Shown here piece by piece: positions 1 to 9,325 of a stretch of 64,000 nucleotides of DNA (positions are counted from its first letter, which is position 1; each line of letters opens with the position of its first letter). Location of the stretch: assembly GCA_951406725.2 (NCBI GenBank), contig OX597818.1:42408001-42472000 (forward strand). The letters run 5' to 3'. The notes beneath the pieces were generated by a model that was not told the DNA's origin, did no database searches, and saw nothing but the letters and a program-made list of their open reading frames with translations. The translations under genes and the position numbers were made by a program. The DNA is from Octopus vulgaris (taxonomy: Eukaryota).

Positions 1-800
1 TGCTAACTTTTTCCTGGTAGTGCATGTTCTTCATCTCTAGACTATCATACAGGAGAGCAATACTAAAAGCATCCTTTTAGCCAAGTACTCCCACCCCCTA
101 CACTTAACCACTACATTCTCAAATTAGTACACTTGGGCAAAGAACAATGCTTTGAACAAAATCTCCCACCTCCGTGAATCAGACCCAGCACTGCAACCCC
201 TACAGGACCCTTAGCTGATGAAGGATTCTTCCATGCATTACATGGCCTGATAGCTCTCTTGCTGTTCATCCTTTAGCATTGAAACTGGCTATATCCAGCC
301 AAAATATTCTATCTGTTCAAACCAGCCTCACACACCTACTTTGCAATGACATTCTCAAAGAATACAATCACATTGAAGGTATGAGGTAATGAATGATTGA
401 GTCAAAATAATGTGAATGAATAAGCAATATATTTGACAATCCTTTTGATTGATCCCTTTGCCAGAGGAATTCCTGCAAGCTTGGAGAATAACTCTTGTGA
501 TCATTGTTTCTGTATGCAGTTACTTGCATGGAAATGGCCTTTTTGCTGCCAACTTAATTGTCCAGCTGAAAAGAAGCTAAATTTCAAACAAATGCACTCC
601 ACACTATCTGTATTCTGTATGTGTAAGTAAGCAAGCATCATTATAAATTTGTGTATGATCATTGCAGTAGTCATATATTGGAGAAATTCTTTTCCTTGGT
701 TTACCTTTTTAAAACTAGCTGGTCTTGTTGAGAAAAATGAAGGTGCATGTTGCCTGTCTAGTTGTTTTGTTAAATGTGGATCCTTTTTTGATTCTGTAAA

Positions 801-935
801 CTGCTATTTTTACTCCATTGTATGTCTTATGGCATATTGTGGCATTGATATATACAATAGCTACATAAAATTACTTCATCTAATCGAACTGCTTGGAATG
901 TTCGTCCTTGTGGTTTCGCAACTGTTGTTACATAT
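801..935 (+). ncRNA. Box H/ACA snoRNA candidate, copy 1 (predicted 28S pseudouridine guide, SNORA52/snR5-type site)
   Basis: Hairpin (GCTATT/AATAGC), H box ACATAA 863-868, second hairpin, ACA 930-932. Pocket TCTAAT (879-884) plus TTCGC (915-919) starts 15 nt before ACA and is complementary to 28S GCGAA-U-G-AUUAGA. Confidence 0.75.
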
Positions 936-1424
936 ATTTTACTTATATTTTCTTGTGGTAATACTGAGTTCCCCAGGTGTGTGACCTCATAGACTTGCAG
1001 CACACTGAATCCTTTCAACACCGACCTTCTTGGGACTGCCTCCAGTTCTATGACATAAATCTGTTTTAATTAGAAAGTTATTTTAATAAAATTCTTCATC
1101 GTCTTAAAAATTAACTAAACAAAAGCTGCTTGTTTTATCAAAAATATGGCAACAAAAGGGTAAGACACCTGTGTGCCCAGTAGTAGTGTAATAAGAGGCA
1201 ATTTGATTCCTTGGTATGTCTTTTTAAAACCAGCTGGTCTTAAAGAAAAGCGGAGAATGTTGTCTGTTCAGTTATTTTGTTTAAATGTCTACTTTGTAAA
1301 ACTGGAGCAGTCTCCTGCAAACATCTTCCACAATTTTCATCTACAAGTCAAATGCATGTGTCCATACTAGAGACCATCACGTACCAGATGGACACATGCA
1401 TTTCTTAAGTATTTATAACTTTGG

Positions 1425-1775
1425 GGATACTTTTTGGTTATCTCACCCCCCATTAAAAATTGGCTTATTTCCCTCCGTTTTACGAGAAACATCGGGGCTT
1501 TTGGTTATCTGCTTCAACTGGAAAAGTTGTTTAACCTTCAATAAAACAAAAAAAAATTAAACATTTTACTGAATCTGATAACTAATCATACTATGCCTAT
1601 TGAGGAGGCCAAACAAAATCAATGTGTTGAAGTACTAAATCAATAGGATCTAACTTTTTTGATCCAATCTGTTGTCGCCACATTAACTCGATTTTTTTTT
1701 TTTTTTTTTTTTTTTTTTAGTGGTGAGATAACCCAGTTTTTTAAAGGGGATTGAGGTAACCAAATTAAGTTGGTG
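1425..1775. mobile_element. Degenerate MITE-like element
   Basis: Imperfect ~50-bp inverted repeats (TTTGGTTATCTCACCCCCCATTAAAAATTGG vs CCAGTTTTTTAAAGGGGATTGAGGTAACCAAA). Confidence 0.35.
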
Positions 1776-1898
1776 ACTTCTGCTTTAACAAGTGATTTTC
1801 CTAAACTTATATAAAACTGGCATGTCTTTGTAGAGTGACAGTACACGTCCACTTTTTCGTGAAATTTTGTATATATATATATATATATATATTATAAT

Positions 1899-2039
1899 CT
1901 GCTATTTTTATTCCACTCTATGTCTTAATCTTATGGCATATTGTGGCATTGGTATATACAATAGCAACATAAAATTACTTCATCTAATCGAACCTCTTGG
2001 AATATTTATCCTAGTGGTTTCGCAACTGTTGTTACATGA
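1899..2039 (+). ncRNA. Box H/ACA snoRNA candidate, copy 2
   Basis: Same hairpin-ACATAA-hairpin-ACA layout and intact TCTAAT/TTCGC pocket. Confidence 0.7.
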
Positions 2040-2294
2040 TTTTACTTTTTCTTTAATCAGATTGGGTTGGTGTATCAATAAATTACTGTTGCTTTGTTAT
2101 TGTTCCTGATTGTGCTTTTTTTCTCTCTCTCTCTCTCTCTCTCTCCTATTTCTCTGTTAAGTTTAATGCTCTCTTCTCTGGGGAAAATGAGTTACGTTGC
2201 TTGTGAATTATATCCAGTGTGCCATTTACAATACTAACATGAATGTATACATGTCTGGTTGCTCATGAAATCTCCTAAATCCCTCTATTATAAA

Positions 2295-2429
2295 TTGCTA
2301 TTTTTACTCCACGGTATGTCTTATGGCATATTGTGGCATTGATGTATACAATAGCAACATAAAATTACTTCATCTAATCGAACCTCTTGGAATATTTATC
2401 CTAGTGGTTTCGCAACTGTTGTTACATGA
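2295..2429 (+). ncRNA. Box H/ACA snoRNA candidate, copy 3
   Basis: As copy 1; ACA at 2424-2426. Confidence 0.7.
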
Positions 2430-2702
2430 TTTTACTTTTTCTTTAATCAGATTGAGTTGGTGTTGGGTTTTTTAAACAACTACATCAATAATTTACTGTT
2501 GCTTTGTCATTGTTCCTGATTTTCTCTCTCTCCTGATTTTCTATTTCTGTGTTTAGTTTAATGCTCCCCTAGTTACGTTGCTTGTGAATTATATCTAGTG
2601 TGCCATTTACAATACTAACATGAATGTATACCTTAAAACTAGCATGTCTTTGTAAAGTGGTGGTACACATGTCTGGTTGCTCATAAATCCCTCTATTATA
2701 AA

Positions 2703-2837
2703 TTGCTATTTTTACTCCATTGTATGTCTTATGGCATATTGTGGCATTGATGTATACAATAGCAACATAAAATTACTTCATCTAATCGAACCTCTTGGAA
2801 TATTTATCCTAGTGGTTTCGCAACCGTTGTTACATGA
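2703..2837 (+). ncRNA. Box H/ACA snoRNA candidate, copy 4
   Basis: As copy 1; ACA at 2832-2834. Confidence 0.7.
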
Positions 2838-3120
2838 TTTTACTTTTTCTTTAATCAGATTGAGTTGGTGTTGGGTTTTTTAAACAACTACATCAATAAA
2901 TTACTGTTGCTTTGTCATTGTTCCTGATTGCGCTTTTTTTTTTCCCCTCTCTCTTTTCTATTTCTCTGTTTAGTTTAATGCTCCCCTTGTTACGTTGCTT
3001 GTGAATTATATCCAGTGTGCCATTTACAATACTAACATGAATGTACACCTTAAAACTAGCATGTCTTTGTAAAGTGGTGGTACACATGTCTGGTTGCTCA
3101 TGAAATCCCTATATTATAAA

Positions 3121-3255
3121 TTGCTATTTTTACTCCATTGTATGTCTTATGGCATATTGTGGCATTGATATATACAATAGCTACATAAAATTACTTCATC
3201 TAATCGAACCACTTGGAATGTTCGTCCTTGTGGTTTCGCAACCGTTGTTACATTT
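3121..3255 (+). ncRNA. Box H/ACA snoRNA candidate, copy 5
   Basis: As copy 1; ACA at 3250-3252. Confidence 0.75.
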
Positions 3256-3600
3256 TATTCGTTTTCTTTAATCACAACACTCTGTTAGTGTTGAGTTTTT
3301 AAAACAATTACATAGATTACAGTTTCTTTATTCATACAATATTGTGCAAGCATTTCTACATACAGGTATGGGGTGTTTTGTCATTGTTCCTGATGGTGTT
3401 ATTGAAAATTTTTCCTTGTTTTTATTTCTGTATTTAGTAAATTGCTTTTCTTCAAATGATACTTTGCTGGGAAAATAGTATATTTCTTAATTTCTCTTCT
3501 CTGTGTGGAAAATAAGTTATGTTGCTTTTGCCTTATATCCAGTGTGCCATTTACAACACTAACATATGGCTGCAAACATCATTTCTCTAATAAACTTAAT

Positions 3601-3751
3601 TCCTGCTGAGCTGATTTTACCCTCTTTCATGTGTTTCTAATTGGATAAAGGTACTCAAAAGCTATACTTGTAGGAAAATCATGCTTAAGAATTATATACA
3701 AATGGGTGATGAACCTCTTCCATTTGGAGAAGTCTACAATTCAACTGTTTT
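3601..3751 (+). ncRNA. Unrelated box H/ACA RNA candidate
   Basis: Hairpin TCCTGC/GTAGGA, H box AAATCA, hairpin CAAATGG/CCATTTG, terminal ACAatt. Confidence 0.5.
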
Positions 3752-3801
3752 CAGTTATATTGACAGCAAAGTTGTTTGAATTATACTTATGGCTCAGTCA
3801 A

Positions 3802-3936
3802 ATGCTATTTCGCCCCACATGGTCTTTTTTAAGATAGTATGTGGATCTTGTTTAAAATAGCTACATTAATTACTTCATATAAATCGAGCTGCTTTTGAAT
3901 TTATTCTTCAGTGGTTCCGAGAATGTCGTGACAAAT
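3802..3936 (+). ncRNA. Diverged paralog of the H/ACA array (copy 6)
   Basis: GCTATTTT/AAAATAGC and CCACAT/ATGTGG stems, H box ACATTA, GAGCTGCT/AGTGGTTC stem, ACA 3931-3933; pocket sequences changed. Confidence 0.65.
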
Positions 3937-4071
3937 AACATTAGGTTTTTTGGGGTTTTTTTTCTTCTTTCATTCTATTATTTTATTCCTTACACTTCAA
4001 CTAAAGTGTCTTCATTTTTTAGGTATTACAAGGTAGCTTAAATTTACTTCATACTTTATAGATATTGTAAT

Positions 4072-4200
4072 AACTGGGCTGATAGTTATGTGCTGTTTCT
4101 TCAACATTAACAGTGCTTCACTCTGGCAGAGAGCAATGCTTTTAAGCAATTCATATATCCCCATAAACTGGATGGGTGGTTGCTACTGAAGATTACAATT
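4072..4200 (+). ncRNA. Unrelated box H/ACA RNA candidate
   Basis: GTGCTGTT/AACAGTGC hairpin, canonical H box AGAGCA 4130-4135, AGCAAT/GTTGCT hairpin, terminal ACAatt. Confidence 0.55.
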
Positions 4201-4414
4201 GTGTGGGACTATCATCACAAAAAATAGCCCTATACCTCTTCTGCCTCACAAAATTGCAGCTGATCCTTTTGGTACCTTGCCAGAGGGATCTCTTCTAATT
4301 TTCAATCATAGTGGTTCTGTAAACAGCACTTGGTTTTTGATTTCACCATTTTGTTGACTGGATGTTGTTCTCAGACCAGGGAAACCAGCTAGGGTGCTTG
4401 CATCAGATTGGTTT

Positions 4415-4632
4415 CTGTTTAAACCGGCTATATCCGGCCCATATATTCTACTCATTTTATGCTCAAATTGGCCGGAACCAGTATCTCACACCTACCTTGC
4501 AATGTCATTCTAAAAATAAACAATTACATCTTTCAAATCTTGAACCTACAAGATAATACCAGATTAATTTTTTTTAAATGTAAATGAATAAAGATTACTA
4601 TTGACATATTAATTTGAACGCTAAAGGGTTAA
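4415..4632. mobile_element. piggyBac-like MITE fragment
   Basis: Ends ...CTAAAGGG|TTAA; related copies at ~270-430 and 54788-54994. Confidence 0.55.
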
Positions 4633-5030
4633 GGCATCCCATGCACTCTCAGGATGAGGAAAAGTCTTCTCAATGAGCTTCAACATTGTTTCTGTCTCTT
4701 AAATTTCACTTACAATGCTTTGGTTGGATTGAACCTATAGTAGGAGGCTCTTATGCATGGAACTATGTTCTAAGGTTAACCTGAAATTACATGGCCAGTG
4801 AGTCTGCCATCCCGGATGATCATCTAGTGAATGGGAAAACATTGAGTTACATATTGCATTTGTAGGCATTTATGATGAGCTCTTTTACAACTGTGTGTGT
4901 AGTTTCATTGAGATTTGATTATTTCTAGCTGGTTAGACTCCCTCATTGGCTTGTCCATATAAAGTTTATTTAATTGTAGAGAGAAATAGTGGCACGTTTT
5001 ATGTTAAATTTTTCTGGACCCTTCTCTATA

Positions 5031-5173
5031 AACTATTTTCACTTCATAGTATGTTTTAATCTTATGGCCAATTATGACATTGATGTAGAGAATAGTGACA
5101 TAAAACTGCTTCATCTACTCAAAACTACTGGAGGTTTCACAAATGGTTTTGGGTTGGCCAGTTCACTATATTT
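5031..5173 (+). ncRNA. Diverged paralog of the H/ACA array (copy 7, possibly decaying)
   Basis: Compensatory stems ACTATTTTC/GAGAATAGT and TCATAGT/ATTATGA, H box ACATAA, second stem CAAAACT/GGTTTTG, terminal box ATA rather than ACA. Confidence 0.5.
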
Positions 5174-5469
5174 CAGTTGCTTGATTCATCATTTTACCAT
5201 GTTGCCACGCTGATCCCTGGCAAATAGAGGTGAGCAGTGGAAGAGAATATAATGATGAAACACTGTTCGGTAAATGTTTTAAGGAGATTAGATAGTAACG
5301 TGAGTGGCATGTAGTAGGGGAAGCAGTGAGTAGTGGCTAACAATAATTGGGATTTGATATAGGCAGATCAAAATTATACTTTCCTTCTTTACATGGGGGG
5401 GTAACAGGTCAGAGTAGCTACAATGTCAGAATATTAAGACTAAGACTGAATATAAAGGAAAGATACAAG

Positions 5470-5990
5470 ACTGGCATCCTCCATGCTGTACAAGCATAGT
5501 CTTCTCTTACACTACTTCTGATTCTTAATATCTAATTTTTCCCTCAGCTCATTTTTTACACATTACTTATCCAGTAGGGAATGGTCACATCATTTCCTTC
5601 CAATTCTTGCACACTTTCTGTGAAAACATCTCCCTTGTATTTTCTAATATTTTCTTATTCTGGCTTGAAATGCTTTTAGAACACCTACCACCATTGTTCA
5701 TGAGGTCACCCAGGTAACAAACTGCATCAGCTGTTGGGTGGGTGACTTTTCAAGCCCTTAATCTGACTTTTACTGTTCACCCATTCTTGTGTGTGTTTTT
5801 ACATATGAAATCTCTAGTCACCTCACTTCACTTTGTGTATCCCTAGTTTTGTGGCTATACTGGAAATCTCACTCACTCTTCTTCTGGACATCAAGCATGA
5901 CTGCTTTTCTGACAGCAGTTGAGTTCTGTCCTTCCTGCTGACTGAAAACTCTTGTTTTACCTTGAGTGCATCTCTAAAGTTTTGCATATA
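5470..5990 (-). mobile_element. Degenerate RTE-clade LINE fragment
   Basis: Minus strand gives a CYLGDL-like RT C-terminal motif at ~5700-5725; heavily decayed. Confidence 0.4.
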
Positions 5991-6304
5991 GCACCACATA
6001 TTCTTGACTCCTCTGACCTACTTAATGAATAGGGTTTTAATAATACATGTCTCTATCTAGCCTATATGATCTAATTTGTACTTCAATCCAACACGCAAAG
6101 TCTTACAGGTTTGACACCTGATGTTTTATATTGCTTTTAAGTCAATTTATCACTGAGACCATCTAGGCAAATGGTTAATATTTACATATATCTTATGCAT
6201 GGTTTTTCCAGATATTGTCTGAAAATTAGGTGTTTTATGCTGTGCTATCTGTTGATGCTCTCTTGAAATGTTAAAGAATTGCATTTTTTATTTTTTTCAA
6301 TTAG

Positions 6305-6514
6305 GTAGTAGATGTCATACATCCTGGACGGGCTACTGTACCTAAGACAGAAATCCGTGAAAAATTAGCATCTAAATACAAAACTACACCAGATCTGATT
6401 TTCTGCTTTGGTTTCCGGACACAATTTGGCGGTGGAAGAAGTACGGGGTTTGCTATGATATATGACACATTAGATTTTGCAAAGAAATTTGAGCCTAAAC
6501 ACAGATTAGCAAGG
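6305..6514 (+). CDS. RPS24: 40S ribosomal protein S24 (eS24), internal exon
   Basis: ttag|...|gtatgt; [70 protein letters not shown]. Upstream exons not found in window. Confidence 0.97.
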
Positions 6515-6698
6515 GTATGTATTTTTCTTTCCCTGAATTTTAAATGTGTAATTTGAATCAACATTTAGCTAAGGCTTTGTAAATTGTAAAAAAATATATG
6601 TTGTTTAATATTGAATTGGATAATGTAAAAATTGATGAAATAGATTCAAGATGTAGAAGTAAATGAAAACATTAGAATGGTTTTTGTTTTTCTTTTAG

Positions 6699-6809
6699 CA
6701 TGGTCTCTATGAGAAGGGAAAGATAAGCCGCAAACAGAGAAAAGAAAGAAAGAATAGGCAAAAGAAAGTACGGGGTGTGGCTAAAACCAAAATTGGTGCT
6801 GGCAAGAAG
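6699..6809 (+). CDS. RPS24: RPS24 next coding exon
   Basis: tttag|...|gtaacg; [37 protein letters not shown]. Confidence 0.97.
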
Positions 6810-7030
6810 GTAACGTTTTTTTTTTGTGTGTTTTTGCTGTAAATTGAGCAAAGTCTGCTTTCAGTATTCTTTGTGAGCGGTGCTTCTTCCAAGAAAGCTG
6901 TTGTTGTTCATTTTGTAATTTTCTAATTATCAATACTCCGCTTTCCCATTTAAAGTAGTGATGTAGATAATGCTGTATTTCCTGTATTTTGGTATGTTTT
7001 ACATCATGAAATATTTTGTTTCATTTTTAG

Positions 7031-7061
7031 AAAAAATAAGATTCTACTATTTCTATATCTG
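7031..7061 (+). CDS. RPS24: RPS24 candidate 31-nt cassette exon (KK-stop)
   Basis: catttttag|AAAAAATAA...ATCTG|gtaaga. Confidence 0.65.
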
Positions 7062-7577
7062 GTAAGATGGTTGATATATCTTCGTTTTAATGTTGATGCC
7101 ACCAGTGTTTCCTGAATGTTGTGCTCCACTTTTGAACTGATGTTTTCATTGTTCATATAAATTATTCTTAATTACCTCCTAGCACCAGTCTACCGTATTA
7201 GAATAGTTTATTTTACGCATTGACTTTTTCATGTCTGTAAATATTCGTTTAGATTTTTAACTGTTGTACTTCCATTTATCCATGCTAACTTAGGCATGAT
7301 GGTTTCGGAATTTCAGGCATAATGCTGGAGCATATTTTTTAGCAGCTCTGTTAGCAATTTTCTTGCCTTTAACCCCTCAACCTAAAAGTATGAGTTGGTT
7401 AGTTTACACAGCTGCTTGTGTTGAGACAGATATACATACATTGCCTAAAGGAACAGTACAATGGCAGTTGTATGTATTCATAATTACTGCTTCAGCAACT
7501 TGGTTGTTCTAATTAACCATAAAATAATACTGTTTGTTCATTTTGGATTATACAGGCCAATTTTCAAGTCTTTTCAG

Positions 7578-7860
7578 AAATTTGTATAGATTATATTTGT
7601 ACAGACATGAAAGGGTTTGTATTGTTGTGTGTTCCCCTTTTTTTTTTTTTTTTTTTTGCATGTTACATACAAAATATGACTGGCATTACACTTTTTGCCA
7701 TGTACCATTATGTTGTTTGTAAATATAGTTCCTCTTGCTTTGAAAATTTGTGGGTTTAACTTTACCAAGGTAATTAACCCTTCAGAGCAAGGTTTAAAAA
7801 ATTTTTTAATACACACATCATAATTTGTACTCTGAAATAAAAGGTGAAATTAGTGTTGGT
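7578..7860 (+). CDS. RPS24: RPS24 candidate alternative terminal exon (KFV-stop plus UTR)
   Basis: cttttcag|AAATTTGTATAG; AATAAA at ~7836. Confidence 0.45.
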
Positions 7861-8608
7861 CACTGTTTGTCAATTTGCCATATTCTGTATGTAACTTAAC
7901 ATTTAATTCAGAGAGTGCGTGACAGTAATTGTAGGCATTGAAAGTCACAAATAGTCTGCTTCCTGATCACCTGCTCTCATACACTTTGTTTATGTTTTGA
8001 ATTAAAACTAATCTCCTGGGTATATTTTCTTTTACCATTAAATATACTCAGTAACGTTGGTTTTGTTGTAAAAGTGCTACTGCACATATTAAAAGTAGTT
8101 TAGAGATTTTACAACTATAAAAGTCAATTGATAACGAGTTCATTAAAAGGAGGGTTGCTGATATTCATACAAGAAGTATGAACCTCAACTTGGAGTGGAT
8201 GTGAGAATGCCATCGAGTTAAATCATCCCACTTTATGTAACATTGAGATTTGGTGTTTAACAGTTAGGTATTTTGATGTGAAATTGAGTGTTCTGTTAAA
8301 ATTCCTGTAACAATTTCTTATTTTGTGTTGTTAATTTGTTTTTAGAATTACGATATTAGTTATATCAGTAAAATAGATTTAAAAGACTATTAAATTGTTT
8401 TATGATTACTATAGCATGCAAAGTATTTGCTGTTTGGAGTGTTGAGTTTTTTGATAACATTGTATTACCACTGGGTTATTTTTACTAACATCGTTTGCTG
8501 ATGTGTGTGTGTATATATATACACTTCATTTTGAAATTCATTGGGAATTTAAACTGTAGTTTCTGCTTGAATGGTTTTCTAATTTTTCTTTTTCTTTTTT
8601 CTTTCCAG

Positions 8609-8685
8609 TGAGGAGAATGATCCCGGGCATCTGTTTGATATCTGTTTTTACTGTGGAATAAAGTTGTTCCTGGTATCTGTATTTT
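8609..8685 (+). other. RPS24: RPS24 candidate distal terminal exon (begins with TGA stop; short 3' UTR)
   Basis: Strong polypyrimidine tract and ccag|TGA; AATAAA 8657-8662 followed by U/GU-rich sequence. Confidence 0.65.
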
Positions 8686-9110
8686 TCTGAAGTTATTCCA
8701 ACTATATTTCGTGTTGTGCTCAATTTTTGTGAAGCACCAAATTTCATTTGTAAATTATTTGGTGTATTCATTGTTATTTCAACAACCACATGCAAAATGT
8801 CCTCTATCACCACCACCTCCGTAACATATTTCATTGGTTGTTTGTCTAATGTCTACTTTTGATGAAGCCACCTATTAAAGATAAAGCATCATTTGATCAT
8901 TAAACATTTTTTGCTCATTATATTACATTGGCACCAACTTCAATTATGGAAATTGGTGTTTGATATACTTATGTATAATCATTTTCTAATTTTCTGTAGT
9001 TATTATGTTAGGGCTTCCTAAATGTAGTTCATAACTTTTGTTACTTATGTCATTTAATCATCAATGGAAATAGATGTTTCAATAGTAACCTGTAAGACTT
9101 ATACCTTTTC

Positions 9111-9325
9111 CTATTTCTTTATTGCCCACAGGGGGCTAAACATAAAGGGGACAGGCAAAGGGATTAAGTCGATTGTGTCGACCTCAGTACGTAACTGATA
9201 CTTAATTTATCGAGGATGAAAGGCAAAGTCGACTTTGGCGGAGTTTGAGCTCAGAACGTAGCGGCAGACGAAATACCACTAGGCATTTCGCCCGGCATGC
9301 TAGCGTTTCTGCCAGCTCGCTGCCT
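9111..9325 (-). mobile_element. tRNA-derived SINE, family A
   Basis: Reverse complement of GGCGGCGAGCTGGCAGAAACG...GACTTTGCCTTTCATCC...AATAAAGAAATAG consensus seen ~10 times in the window. Confidence 0.85.

Larger units (their letters stand above)
1899..3570 (+). repeat. Tandem array of ~400-bp units, each carrying one snoRNA copy
   Basis: GCTATTTTT unit starts at 1901, 2297, 2705, 3123 (periods 396, 408, 418). Confidence 0.9.

Noticed and set aside
211-264. CTGATGA-AGG...CCT-GATA hammerhead-like motif
   Set aside because: GAAA core is mutated to GATA and stems are weak; at best a decayed relic
455-600. Hairpins followed by ACAaat, possible H/ACA RNA
   Set aside because: No convincing H box between the hairpins
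649-3087. Repeated ORFs (CYFYSIVCLMAYCGID...)
   Set aside because: Translations of the snoRNA repeat; frames not preserved between copies
1899-3570. CRISPR-like array
   Set aside because: Eukaryotic context, ~400-bp whole-unit duplications, no unique spacers or cas genes
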